A stretch of 64,000 nucleotides of DNA from Camelus dromedarius (GCF_036321535.1 NC_087437.1:65412001-65476000), one strand, 5' to 3'. Shown: positions 39,498 to 53,599, numbered from the stretch's first letter. Numbers and translations: made by a program. Notes: a model not told the origin generated them from the letters alone.

Positions 39498-40889
39498 CTG
39501 AGAGAAAAAAAAAATGCAACTAAATGTATCATACCAGCCATTATTATTTTTAATCTTTGAGTTAAAAATATGATTTTGGAAAGTAATGCTTTAAAGCTGG
39601 GGAGGTAAGGGAGTGACTGGTGTAAAGTCAGGATATCGTGTCTTTACATAGGATAGGTTAACCTTGTATACTAGCCATGTCTGCTGCAAAAACCAGAAAT
39701 GACCTGCAACCATATTTTCTCATAAATTTTATCATGTAAGTACTCATCATGTGAGCACTCAATCTGCTCTTTAACTTGTTTTTTTTATGTTTTTACAGGA
39801 GAATTATATAAAATCTTTTTACTACAAGGCAGGAAATAGGTCAAGAAATGTCATACTTTAATAGCTACAGATGCTTAAGTAGATGCAATTAGATGCCTTT
39901 TTCAAATAAAATTATATTAACGCAAAAATTTACATCAAAATTAACTTCATATATCTAAGGTTTTGATACCATAATAGATATGCATATAGATAGAACTTTC
40001 ATTTATAAAAATTAAAAATTTCTCAATCTTTGGTTCTTTATTTTGTCCCACTTATTAAAATACAAAGACCATTTATTTCTTAATTAAATCTCCTAAAAAA
40101 TAAAAACCACTCTCCTGAGCAGGCATTTTGGTCACCTTAACCAGTGGCATACACTGAGCTCTCTTTTTTCTCCATTTACAACATGCCCTCTAGCTGAACA
40201 ATTGTAACTCTATGCTTTTTGCTTCCTAAACTAAATATATACTAGTTTCATGAAAGTTGTTTTGTTTATTTTATACAAGTTCCATGTTGTTTTTTATTAC
40301 GGAACTTAGATTAAATCTGGTTCACAGATCATTTGCTCACTCTCAATCTAGTTCTTTCCACTCCACCACACTGCCTTCTTCACACAAAGTTAAAATAAAG
40401 TTTCGACCATACTAGGTGTTTTGCTATTTTACGTAAAATTTTACATCTTCCGGTAAGACAGACTCTGGAAACTGGAAAAAACATTGTCATAAAAGTCAGA
40501 AGATCCCATCTCATTATTTACAGGTTATATGACTGAGAAAAATTAATGAATCTTGCTAGACCTTAGTTTATTTACTTGATGATGAGAGTTATAATACTAG
40601 ATTTTTCTAATTCACAGGGCTTTTATGAGCATCAAATCAGAAATGTTACTAAAGTACTTTGAAAATTTTCCACACAAAAGTAGAATTGATCTTAATATAT
40701 CACATATTATGGAAACTTAATCTCTAAACTTTAAAATCATATCTGTAAGCAGAAGTAATTATGTTTTAAAAGAGTTCCAAAATGCAATACTGAGAAAAGA
40801 AAAAAAATAGGTAACTAGAATGTCTGACACCAACCAAAATAATTATTTTTGAATCAAAAATAAAAACACTGGAAAAAGTTATAGCTTAG

Positions 40890-43800
40890 GTTTGGGGAGT
40901 TCAGGCAGTGGCTGTTGAATAGTAAGGATACTGGATTTAATCTCCTACCTTAAACAACTAGAAAGCTAGACAAAATATATTAAACAACAGTATTAACATA
41001 TTAGTCAACAAGCACCGCAAAATAAGATCTGAAAGGGATAACAATTAAGTAAACTTTAGTTATTCTAGTTTATACTAAGTATTCTAGCTTGGTGATTGGA
41101 GAGATTTCCCAGGCTTGAGCACAGGAAACTCAAGGAGCGATCAGTAGTCTCACTGAACTGAGGAGCCAGAGATCTGATGCTGCAAAAGCAGTTAGAATTT
41201 GAGGCAAAATACTAGAGAGAAGACAGCTGTACAGACAGAATATACCAGAGATTTATGGAATGGTCCTCTTGAGATTTTGTCTCAATCTGTGCATCCATGT
41301 GAGTAAAATATCTCAGGCTTGGGAACAAACCACCAAAAAGATAAAGCAGAACAGTTCCCAAAGCTCACGCAAGGCTAAGGCTATTTCATGTCACTACCAG
41401 CCAAACTGCTGAGATCTCCCAATACATGGGATAGCAGATAGAAGGGTGTTACTTCAGTAGTGGGAACAAATTAGCCATAAAGGCTTTTCTTAAAAACAAT
41501 GATTAAGTAACATAACTGTCTTTGAGAAAAACATCTAATGAAAAGAATCCAACAAAATGCCACCATAAATGTAAAATTCACATTGTTCACTATATGAAAA
41601 GTAGTAGGACTATAAAGAGTCAGGAAAAAAGACCAACAACCAGTGGAAAAAAATTAAACAACAGAACTGTACCTAAAAATGAAACAGATGATAAAATTAG
41701 CAGAGAAGATATTAAAAATGCTTTGTAAACTACATTCCAGATATTCAAGAAGGTTGAGGAAAACATGAATGTGATAAAGTGAGAAATGGAAGATATAAAA
41801 ACACTCAAATCAAATTTGTAGACATAATTTATCATTTCAGATATTTTTATCTGAATATTATACATTGTAGCAGAGAAGAATAGTGAACTTGAATAAATGA
41901 CAATAGAAAATCTCCAAAATGGAACTTGACAGGGAAAAAAAAAAAAACCCCACTGACCCCTGGGAAAAATTGAGCAGTCTAGAATAAATGTAATCGGAGT
42001 TTTGGAAAGAAAGATCAGCAGAAAACATATTTCAAGAAATGCCCACCAAAATAGCAAAATGATAGCCAAACCTGATGATAATAATAAACCTAGAGATCCA
42101 AGCAGAATAAACATGAAGAAAAATACAAGCATCATAATCACATTGCTGAAAACTAGTCATAGAAAATATTAAAAGCAGCTGGAGAGAAAATATACATTTC
42201 CTACCCAGAGGCAAAAATAAGAATGATGAAATCTACTCATCAGAAACTACACAAACCTAAAGACGATGCTATGACATTTACAAAGCAACAAATGATAATA
42301 ATGGGACAAATTAAAATTCTATACTCAGCACATATTTTTCAAATGGCAAAATACAGATTTTTACACATGAATAAAGGTGAGGGAATTCATCACTAGGAGG
42401 CCTGTAGTACAAGAAAAAGTAAAGGTAGTCCTTCAGGCAGAAGAAAAATGATTCCAGATAGAAATATTGATCTACACTAAGTAATGAAGAGCACCATAAA
42501 TGGTAAATATGTGGGTTAATATTAAAGACTTACTTATTCAAAAAATAATTGGTCATTTAAAGTGAAAATAGCAATGTACTGTGGGGTTTATAACATTTAT
42601 AGAAATAAAATACATGACAACAGTAGTACTAAAAACAGGAGAAGGAATAGAAGTATACTGTTAAACAGCATTGTACCATTTCACATACACTGTGAGAATT
42701 TGATAAGTTAAAGATATATGTGTGTGTGTATGTTTGTGTGTGTGTGTGTGTACACACACACACACATATATATGTATATAGCATGAAGCAAACTAAAATT
42801 TTCTAATTAAAATTTTAAAAATAAGACAATAGGAGATAAAATAGAATCATTAAAACATGCACATTTCAAAAAAGGTGAGAACAAATGAGACAAATAGAAA
42901 ATAGGAAAATGTTTGCATTCAACCCAACAATAGGGATAATCACATTAATGTCAGTGATCTAAATATTCCAATTAAGCTGCAATTTAGACAAAAATAGTAA
43001 GGATATAGAAGTTTTGAACAACACTATCAACGTCCTTGACTACATTGAAATTTATAGAACTCTCCAATATTCATAAAAGAATCAAAATTATGAAATAGGC
43101 ACGTTTAACAACACATGTGGAAAACATGTATACTGAAAATTATAATTGTTGAGGGAAATTAAGGAAGCCCTAAATATATCTTGATCAATGGTCAGAAGAC
43201 ACTTACTATTGTTAATTTTCCCCAAATTGACCTACAAAGTCAAAGCAATTCCAAACAAAATCCCAGCAGAATTTTTAAGAAATTGAAAACATAATTCTAT
43301 AATATGTATGAAAAAGCAATGATCTAGAATAGCCCAAAGAGTTTTGAAAAATAAAGTTTGAGGATATACACTATATAATTTTAAGACCTACTCTAAAGCT
43401 ACAGGAATCATGACAAGCTAATATTAAAGTAAAGATGAACATAAATATTAGTGGAACAGAAGAATAGCTACAAACAAACTCACATATAAATAACCAATTA
43501 ATACTTGACAAAAGTGCTATGGTAATTCAGAGGAAAGATAATCTTTTCAGTAAATGATGGTAAAAACAATTAGATTCCCATAAGTAAAATATTGAACCTT
43601 AACTTTTACCCTCCATAAAACCAAATTAAAATGGATCAGGAGAAAATCATAGTAATCCTGGGTTAGGCAACAGTTTTAACAGGACATGAAAAGCACAAAC
43701 AATAAAATAAATTGGTAATGCATGATACCCAAATTAAACTGTTTTGCTCTACAAGAGATACCATTAACAAAATGAAAATGCAAGCCATGGACTGAGAGAA

Positions 43801-45348
43801 AACATTTGGAAAATACATATCTTACTCAAAATATTCATAGAACTCTCATAATAAGGCAACTTGACTAAAAAAATAGAAGATTTGACCAGACATTTTATCA
43901 AAGATGCACAAGTGTGAAATAAGCACTTAAAAGATGCTGAACATCATTAGTTACCAGGAATATGTGAATTAAAACCACATTTAGATACCACTGAATCCAT
44001 CAGAGGAGATAAAATTGAAAAGATTGACAATATCAGTGTTGACAATGAAATTTTGCCATTTGCAGCAATATGGATGGACTTGGAGGGCATTATGATAAGT
44101 GAAGTAAGTCAGACAGAGAAAGACAAATACTGTATGATATCACTTATGTGTGAAATCTAAAAAATACAATAAAATAGTGGATTAAAAAAAAAAGCAGACT
44201 CACAGATAAAGAGAACAAACTGTGGTTACCAATGGGGAGAGGGAAGAAGGGAGGGGCAACATAGGGGTAGGGGGTTAATAAAAGGGTTATTATAGGATTA
44301 TATGAAATCATGTGTATGAAACTTTTGAAAATTGTAAAGCACTATAGAATTTAAAGTATCTCTCATTCAAATAAAAATTTTCAAAAGGACACATGGAGTT
44401 TTATAGTATTGTTAAACTGATTTCAAGAAGACAATACAATTACATATTATAATCAGAAAAAAAGAGAAAATCTGAATAGCCTTATGTCTATTTTAAAAAT
44501 TGAAATTGTAATTTAAAACCTTCCCACAAAGAAAACTCTAGGCCCACGTGGCTTTCCTGGTTAATTCAAACACATAGGAGAGAAATAATATCAATCTTAT
44601 ACAAACTTTTCTAAAAACGGAAGAGGCAAGAACACTTTTCAGTTCATTTTATGGGGCCTAAAAAATCTTGATATAAGAACCTGACAAAGACATTACAGAA
44701 AAAGAAAATTAAAAATTAACATTCCTCATCAAAAAAAAATCCAAGAAATCATTAGCAATACATTGCCATAGCAAATGGAGCAACATATTAAAATCCTAAC
44801 ACATTATGACCAACTGGGATTTATTCCAGCAATGCAACAATAGTATATTATTTGAAAATTAGTCAGTGTAATTCACCAAAGTGACAAAATAAGAGAGAAA
44901 ACAATACAGTCATCTTAACTGATACAATGAAAGAATCTGACTGGATCCATAAGCCACTCATGATAAAATTCTTCAGCAAATTACGATTAAAAGGAGTCTT
45001 TGACAAATCTACAGCTAATTATATTCTTAATAGTGAAATATTGAATACTGTTCCCTGACATTGGGAGTAAAGCAAAGTGTCCATTCTAACCATGTCTACT
45101 CAAGGGTCCTAACCAGTGCAATAAAGAAAAATAAATAAAAGACAAACAGTGGAAAGCCTAAAGTAGAATTGATTTCTATTCATAGAGACAAAATTATCTA
45201 TATAGAAAATCTTTAGGGAACCACATGCAAGTCCTAGTTCAATAAGTAAATTAACATTGCTATAGGATACAAGTTCAATGTAGAAAAACACTAATGTTTC
45301 TAAATACCAGCAGTGAACAATTAGAAAATGAATTTTAAAATAATACCA
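40890..45348 (+). mobile_element. Old sense LINE-1 segments (5' region, ORF1 remnant ~41500-42500, ORF2 remnants) with a nested L1 3' end at 44045-44385
   Basis: ORF1-like and ORF2-like nucleotide motifs; host L1 sequence resumes at ~47497. Confidence 0.75.
42716..42780. repeat. Compound (TG)n(CA)n microsatellite with a palindromic core
   Basis: Read directly; 42737-42766 is a perfect 30-bp palindrome. Confidence 0.95.
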
Positions 45349-47495
45349 GAAAGAGCCAAGATGACAGAGTAGAGACTCATAGCTTGCCCTTTCCCACAAA
45401 TACACCAAGGATTACATCTACAAACCCACTGAATCGCCCAGAACACCTACTGACCTCTGGCAGAGTGTCTTTCATTTCAAAATACAGGAAGCTTCTCACA
45501 AAATCCGGTAAGAAAAAAAAAAAAAAAGAAAAAATCGGTGCAAGACTGGTCCTGCAGGGAATGAGCGGCATAGGAAGAAAGGCACCCTCCCACTGGGACT
45601 CCTGCTCTGTAGCCAGGAGGTCAGCGGGGACGGAAGCAGAGCTTCTGAGGCTCCAAGGAGAAAGTGGCAACTGCTTGGCAGACAGAACTAAGGGAAACTG
45701 ACACCGACGGTCCCTGCGATCCCCGGCCCTAGATGCGAGGGACTAGTCCAGCAGGGACCAGCCAAGACTGGCTGCTGGAGATTGGTGAGAAGCGCAGGCA
45801 GAGAGCTGGAGCCCACTGCCCAGAGGCAGCCTTGGGACTGGAAAGCAGTGTGAGCTCTGGCCTGGGGTGTGTGCAGAATAGAACAGCCTGGGACCCCCAT
45901 AAAACTCAAAATGGCTTAAAGACTTAAACATAAGACAAGACACTATAAACCTCTCAGAAGAAAATATAGGCAAAACATTATCTGACATAAATCTCAGAAA
46001 TGTTTTCCTAGGGAAATCTACCCAAGCAATAGAAATAAAAGCAAAAATAAACAAATGGGATGTAATTAAACTTATAAACTTTTGCACAGCAAAGGATACC
46101 ATAAGCAAAACAAAAAGACAACCTACAGAATGGGAGAAAATATCTGCAAAAGATGAGATGACAAGCGTTTGATTTCCAGAATATATAAACAGCTCATACA
46201 ACTCAATAAGAAAAAAACAATCCAATCCAAAAATGGGAAGAAGACCTAAACAAGCAATTCTCCAACAAAGACATACGAATGGCCAATAGGCACATGAAAA
46301 AATGCTCAGTATCACTAATTATCAGAGAAATGCAAATCAAAACTACAGTGAGGTATCATCACATCAATCAGAATGGCCATCATTCAAAAGTCCACAAACG
46401 ATAAATGCTGTGGAGAAAAGGGAACCCTCCTACACTGCTGGTGGGAATGTAGTTTGGTGTATCCGTTATGGAAAACAGTAGGGAGAGTCCTCAAAACACT
46501 AAAAATAGACTTATCATATGATCCAGCAATCCCACTCCTGGGCATATATCCAGAGGGAATCTTAATTCAAAAAGACGCATGCACCCCTATATTCATAGCA
46601 GTACAATTTACAATAGCCAAGACATGGAAACAACCTAAATGTCCATTAACAGATGACTGGATAAAGTTGTGGTATATTTATACAATGGAATACTACTCAG
46701 CCATAAAAAAACAATAAAATAATGCCATTTGCAGCAACATGGATGGACCTGGAGAATGTCATTCTAAGTGAAGTGAGCCAGAAAGAGAAAGAAAAATACC
46801 ATATGATATCACTATATGCAGAATCTAAAAAAAGAGAAAAAAGAATATAAATACAAAACAGAAACAGACTCACAGACATAGAATACAAACTTGTAGTTGC
46901 CAAGGGGGAGCGGGGTGGGAAGGGACAGACTGGGATTTCAAAATTTGTAGATACTGACAGGCATAAGCAGAATAGATAAAGATTATACTGTATAGCACAG
47001 GGAAATATATACAAGATCTTGTGGTAGCTCACAGCAAAAAAAAAAAAATGTGACAATGAATGTATGTATGTATGTTCATGTATAACTGAAAAATTATGCT
47101 CTACACTGGAATTTGATACAAGATTGTAAGATGACTATAACTCAATACAAAATGTTAAAAAAAAAAAAGACAAACTTATCTAAATACAGAAACAGACTCA
47201 CAGACATAGAAAACAAACATGGTTACTGGGGGCGGAGAAGAGGGGGGGAAGGGATAAATTGGGAGATTGAGATTTGCACATACTAACTACTATATATAAA
47301 ATAGGTAAACAAGTGTCTACTGTATAGCACAGGGAACTATATTCAGTATCTTTTAGTAACTTATGGTTAAAAATATGAAAACAAATATATGTATGTTCCT
47401 ATATGACTGAAGTAGTGTGCTGTACACCAGAAATTGACACAACATTGTAAACTGACTATACTTCAATAAAAAACATTTTAAAAATAAAATAAAAA
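45349..47495 (+). mobile_element. Young LINE-1 composite: 5' UTR fused to distal ORF2, 3' UTR, poly-A, then a second 3' UTR
   Basis: L1 5' start (gagccaagatgacagagtag), GC-rich to 45900, ORF2 C-terminus (ORF 46373..46717), poly-A near 47160, second 3' UTR; flanking aaaa(t/c)aa(a)tacca repeat. Confidence 0.88.
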
Positions 47496-47784
47496 ACAAA
47501 TACCATTTGCAATAGTATCAACTTATATGGAATACTTTGAAATAAATTTAACAAAGTATATGCAATAACAGTCTACTTGAAAAATTATGAAACTTTGCTG
47601 AGAGAAATTAAAGATGCCAAATAAGTGGAATGTTAAACCATGTTGGTAAGATGGGAAGACTCAATAATATCAGCATGCCAATTTCCCCCTAAATTTTTCA
47701 TGGATTCAACAAAACCTGAATGATAATCCTCACAAGCTTTTTTGAATGAAATTGCCAAGCTGATTCTAAAATGCATATGGAACT

Positions 47785-48428
47785 TGAGGAGTCTAGCTGC
47801 CGGCTAAAAACTTTTGTGTGATTTTACAGTCTGACCATAGGCAATTACAAAGACTTTACCTGGTAGGCCTCTCAAAGGAAAGTTGCCATCCCAAGACCAG
47901 ACTTAGTGCACAGCCAATGCACTGGAATCTCTGAAGGGATTCAGGTCCCTCTGGCAGGTCATATTCTTATGCCCATTTGCATCCCTAGGTCAAGTGCCTT
48001 CATTTTTAAGTCTCTTTTTTTCTGAGGCCTATGCAGAAGTCTTCACATGCCTCTACTGAGGTCTCCTAACTGGGGAAGAGGCAGTACTCTGAATATTCTT
48101 TTCCACACTCTAACTCTGTACCTAGATTTCTTCCACCCCTAGTCCTCCCCCTTTGCCCTCTCCTCTGACCTCAATTGTCAGAATCTTTTGTTTGGGACAA
48201 CCCCAACAGCGAGAAGTCCTCTATGCTTGTGCTGATCCACCTGACTCAACTGATGTGCTGTTCCATGGGGGGAAAATAGAACAGGGGGAAGTTGGTGTTT
48301 TTTCCAGTTTTGTTTCTTGCTTACACCATTAAAGTAATTGATTGAAGTCTTCATTTTGGCTCATTGTTTTAAGCAGCTACTCTGACACCTAAAGAGCTCA
48401 GCTCTCCAAGCAGCTGTGTTTCCTGACA
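47785..48428 (+). mobile_element. Solo LTR (ERVL/MaLR class) inserted in an old L1
   Basis: TG...CA ends, 5-bp TSD gaact/gaaat; the L1 sequence is continuous across it. Confidence 0.75.
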
Positions 48429-49317
48429 GAAATTCAAAAGACCTAGAATAACCAGAACAATTCTGAAAAAGTATAACAAATTCAAAGGACTTATATTACC
48501 CAATAACTGACTGCAAGACTTACTACAAAGCCATATTAAGACAGTGTGGTATGGGTGTAGGAAGAAAAATAGTTTAATGGAGTAGAGATTCCAGAAATAG
48601 ACCCACACTTGATTTTTTGACAACCATGTGAAAAGAATTCAATGGAAAACAGAGGATCTTTTTATCAAATGATATTGGAACAGCTAAATATATGTGGAAC
48701 AAAAAAGAAACCAACTTAAAATTAATTGGAGATTGATCATAGACCTAAACATAAATGCTACAGTTATAAAACTTCTAGTTAAAAAAAAGAACTTGAGGTA
48801 GACAAAGATTTCTTAGAACACAAAAAACAATAAACATAAAAGAAAAAATGGATAACTTAGGCTGCTTCAAAATTAAAATCTGCTTATAAAAAGGTACCAT
48901 TAAAAACAGGTAAGTCACAGATTGGAGGAAAATACTAGCAATACATACACTAACAAAGAGACGAATAGAGAATTAATTTTTAAAAACTTCTGCATTCAAT
49001 AATAAAAAGAAAAAATAATGGGTAAAAGATTTGAACACAATGTCCGTAAGGGAAGATATATAAATGATCAACAACATATGAAAACAGTGCTCAACATCAT
49101 GAGTTACACCCTTTGGAAAGGCTAATTAAGAGACTTACAACACCAAATTTATTGGTGAGGATTTAGAACAACTGAATGTTCACATATTGCTGGTTGTAAT
49201 GTAAACTGTATAATAACTTTGAAAAAATTTTTAGTATTTTTTAATAAAAATTAAACATACACCTAGCCCATTACCCTGTGATTCCAATCCTAGGTATTTA
49301 CTGATAGAAATAAAATA

Positions 49318-49595
49318 CAGTTGACCCTTCAACAACATAGGTTTGAGCTGTGCAGGTCCACTTACATGCAGATTTTTTTTCAGTAAATACACAGTCAGCC
49401 CCCTGTATCCTTTAGTTCCAGATTCATGGATTCAGCTGCGGATCACAAACTCTAACATATGATCCTTAGCTGGTTGAATCTGTGGATATGAAACCCACAG
49501 ATATAGAAGGATTACTATGGGACTTAAGCATACACAGATTTTGGTACCTGTATAGTCCTGGAGCCAATCCCCTGACATATACCAAGGGACTACTG
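49318..49595 (+). mobile_element. Tigger2/MER2-like non-autonomous DNA transposon
   Basis: TA|cagttgacccttcaacaac...accaagggactactg|TA. Confidence 0.8.
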
Positions 49596-49884
49596 TACAA
49601 GTCCCTCAAAATGTGTACAACAATGTTCACTGAAGCCCCCATAAGAGCCTCCAAATGGAAATAATCCAAATGTGTATTAACAGGAGAATGGATAAACAAA
49701 TTATGACTTATTCATGTACTGGTAGACTTCTAAGCAATAAAAGGATTCGACACCCATTCATGCACACATATTTACACATATACATACATTTTTTATATAT
49801 TAGAGAATATTATTTAGAAAACAGTATCTGATACAAATGTGTATACATATACCATATATGTATATAAATATATATTTACAAATA

Positions 49885-50086
49885 CAGTTGATCCTTGAAC
49901 AACATGGAGGTTAGGGGCACTGACCCTCTGCACTGAAATTCCCGTATAACTTTATAGTTGGCCCTCCATATCTCTGGTTCCGCATCCTCAAATTCAACCA
50001 ACCACAGATGGTGCACTATAATAGCATTTATTGAAAAAATTCGACATATAAGGACCCATGCAGTTCATGTGCTCAAGGGTCAACTG
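49885..50086. mobile_element. Tigger2-derived (MER8-like) non-autonomous DNA transposon
   Basis: Terminal inverted repeats cagttgatccttgaaca / tgctcaagggtcaactg, flanked by TA. Confidence 0.85.
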
Positions 50087-51499
50087 TATATATACATATA
50101 TTTGAACGTGTGTGTTTGTATATGTGTATATATAAACATATATATACATACAAATACTTGTTTCTAATTCTCTAATGAAAGGAACCAGAGTTCCCTGCAA
50201 AAAGTTGATTCCAGGGTTAGAGAAAGGAATCTATCAGATAAACATGAAATGTCATGTAGCACCAGAAAACAAGAACCTGCTCAAAGAATGATAGGAACAT
50301 ATCAAAAGGACACAGAAGCCATCTTGATGCGGTCCCATAGGGCTGAATCTGGGACAATTAGAACATCACAATAACAAATGATAATAATAGATCTTATCTC
50401 ACTGAACAAAATAGAAATCCATGATTCCACGCTGATAGAAACAAATGAACAAGTAAGATAGGAAGCTATGCTCTCTAACCAGTAAAACACTAATGAATAA
50501 ATATAGAGGAAATAATGGAGTTAGAAAATCACCAATGGATGCTAAAACAAATGAGTGAAACTTTGATGAAAGAGGTGTTTACATAATTTCACATCTATAA
50601 ATTATTTACTATTTACAAAGGAAAATAAAAACTTTATAGTGGTGAAACCTAGTAGGCATCATCTTAACCAATCAAAATTAGCATGATTAAAGCTAGGATA
50701 AACCAGGATCATGTACCTTTTGATATGATAAACTAAAGAAGATACCACCTTCTGTGCTATACCTGCCACAATGCTTAATTTGATTCTAATCATAAGGAAA
50801 TATCAGACAAACTCAGATTGAGGTACATTAAATAAAATAACTGGCCTGTACTCCTGAAAAATATCAAGGTAAATAAATAAATGCTGAAGAACTGTCCCAG
50901 ACTGAAGAAAATTAAAAAAGTGAAAACTTAAAGGTAAGAGGCTGAAGGCTGAATTTGATTCTGTTCTGGGAAAATATAATAAAAATGACATTACTGGAAC
51001 AAGTGTAGAAATTTAATATGCTCTGTGGAGGAAAAAGTAGTACTGAATATATGTAGAATTTCTTGATTTTAACAAAAGTATTATGCTTATAATGTAAAAG
51101 AATATTCTTCTTTTTAAGAAATACACAGTGAAATTGACCAATTTTCAACTCTTAAATTTATCTTTCCAAGTTTAGAGAAAAACTCTCAGTTACTCACATT
51201 TTATTAAAAGCCCAATATGGCAAAATACCCCAAAACCTCGATTTCAAAGGTTCTTACAAGAATCTGTCTTCTAGCCAAAAAAATTCCTAAAAAAAAATTG
51301 AGAGATCTATAATTCATCTCCCATCATAGACTCAAATGGCAAGTAAAAGAATTCAAGCTTTACGGGTCTCACAGACTAATACAGCCAAATTGAGTAAATT
51401 ATTCATAAATAACAATGTACAATAGGTACAACATCACATTGCTGTTTGTAGATCATTCTCCATGAATATTTCCCTATTAATCCTTGGGGTGTTTTTAGT

Positions 51500-51982
51500 G
51501 AAGGCACTTATAGCCAAGTTAAGAATGTAGAAGGAGACCTCCCAGCATAGTGAAGCTTCAAGGCAGCTCCCTCTCTGAAGACATTCCAGGGGTGTAAAGA
51601 TAAAGACCTCTCTCTCTCTCCCCCAGAGAAGATTTTCTTCCATTCCAGAGTAAAAAATAAGATCTCTCTCTCCAGATGGGAGGATGGACAGACCACCAGC
51701 AGAACTATTTTCAGATCTGAGTTTTTAAAACTTGAGTTCTTCTCTTGTTAAACCGCTGCCTATGCAGGTACTTTCTGTTCCTCATCATGTTGCTTTGTTG
51801 GGACTGAGAGTCAGGAATTAATGCAAGATGTTGCTCTAGTTGCTATTTTTGCTGTCAACAATAAACTATCTTTGTCTCTGACACCAATGCCTGTTTTCTG
51901 TCAATATATACACAAAAGTGTGGCAGACTAATTAACTAGCTTGTAAGAGGGGAAAATCTCAGATCCTGCAGTTTTTGACTTA
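51500..51982 (+). mobile_element. ERVL LTR (LTR40-like); 5' boundary uncertain
   Basis: 3' end aataaactatctttgtctctgac...gtggcagactaa...gcttgtaagaggggaaaatctcagatcc. Confidence 0.65.
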
Positions 51983-52919
51983 ACAGTTGACTTTTGGTAA
52001 ATTCCTCAAAAGAGTAGAACAATCAATATTAGTGGGAAAATAGAGCTGCTCAGTTAGGTAAACTTGATTTCACTAATCCTGGTGACTTATTCTCTTGGTT
52101 AGACTTAGGCCAAGTAAGATACTGAACAGCAAGTAGTTTTAAAATTTCTTTAATAATTGTGATTGTCCTTATGCTTTTCTCCTTCTTTGATGTCTGATAC
52201 CCAAGTACTTAGGTGTTGCGATAAAGCTACTGTCCTGGGGCACACTATTCAACAAATTATCTGCTTCGTAAAAAGGCTGACGCCCTCCACTTGGAGGGCT
52301 GAGTTTGACCAAAAGGAGAAATTCTAACAAGAAAAATGGTACAGACAAGGCATTTTTCAAATGGAAGGATTCCCAAATGATAACAAACATAATACAGAAA
52401 ATGTCTTTTACATACAGGCCACAAATTAAACACCTAAGTTCTTCTAGAGAAGCCATACACAACTACAATTGGTTCAGTTGATGATTCCTACAGCTGTCTA
52501 AGAGCAAATACCCTGACAGGTCTCCTTGCTAGCTGCTGATTAGCACTTCACATAATGAAAGGAAAACACAAAGTTCATTATTTAGAAAATGTCTGTGATT
52601 TTCCTTTCTCTGCTTTTTCCTTTCTCATATATAAATTCTGTTTTGTATTTGTTAGATAACATCAATCTATTATTGGTTTACTTTGTAGTCAAGTAAATAA
52701 TGTGGTAATAATTAACTATGTCTTCGAGTTATTCTTTGACAGGTGTTAATAAAGCACTGTTCTTTCTAGCCATGGAGTACTACATTATCCCATGTTGTTC
52801 TCTACATCCTAGATAAATAATCTGTTGATGAAAAACTCCTCAAATTATTCTCTTTTGACTAGGTCATGTGTATCCTGCTCTGAGCCTAAGAGATTATATT
52901 TTACATGTATTAATACATC

Positions 52920-53070
52920 TAATCCTGTCAACATTTTATTGTCATTTTACGGATAAGCAAACTGAGCACAGAAAGCTTAAGTAACTTTTCTAAGATCCAA
53001 CAGCTAGAAAGAAACAGAACTAGGATTTGAGTTCCAAAGAATCTGACTCTAGCAGTCATGCTCTATATAC
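52920..53070 (-). mobile_element. MIR
   Basis: cattttacggataagcaaactgagcacagaaagcttaagtaact...aggatttga...tctgactctag. Confidence 0.75.
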
Positions 53071-53599
53071 TAGATCATCTCAGTAAAGTAAAAGCAAACA
53101 AAAAACCAGAGCTCTCCACTAAGCCTAACTGGCAAAGTTCTATGGTTCTCTACCCTCTGGAAATTATGGGAGGAAGAAGAGCTGATAACAATAGAAGAGC
53201 TAATTCAGCATAATTCCTTTTATCTTTGGAATAAAAAAGAAATATTTACATTTAATCTTCCCACTAGTTTCCTTCAATGACTTTGATTTCTCATCTTTTT
53301 TCCACTCATTTTGTCACTCAGTTACTTTGCTGCCTTCTATCAACTTCTATATTTACTCTTTTAAATAACTTTCAAGTCACAGTATATTACATACCTCCAT
53401 TAGTTAAGTACCCTGACTAGAATAAAAACTGAATGAGGGTATGGTCTTTTCCCACTGAATTCTAGGGAGTGATTATTTTCAAAGGTCCAAGCTTTTCTAA
53501 CCATTTCTGGTATCTGATGATTCTCAACAACTCACACCTCCAAACCACAAAGGAAGTACTTTTCAGATGCACAGTCCTGTTTTCTTCTTTTAATTCTGA

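Larger units (their letters stand above)
48430..51150 (+). mobile_element. Old L1 (L1MC-like) ORF2 end and long 3' UTR, interrupted by two Tigger elements
   Basis: ORF2 and 3' UTR motifs (agactgaagaaattaaaa, aatgacattactggaaca). Confidence 0.7.

Noticed and set aside
41620..42141. 173-aa hydrophobic ORF, and similar F/L/I-rich ORFs such as 45743..46315
   Set aside because: They are antisense translations of A-rich L1 sequence, a compositional artefact.
45349..45900. GC-rich segment resembling a gene promoter, with several ORFs
   Set aside because: It begins with an L1 5' terminal motif, so it is an L1 5' UTR rather than a host promoter.
53380..53470. Short segment with partial self-complementarity, considered as a small ncRNA
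   Set aside because: It better matches a decayed L2 3' end and has no snoRNA boxes in the proper arrangement.
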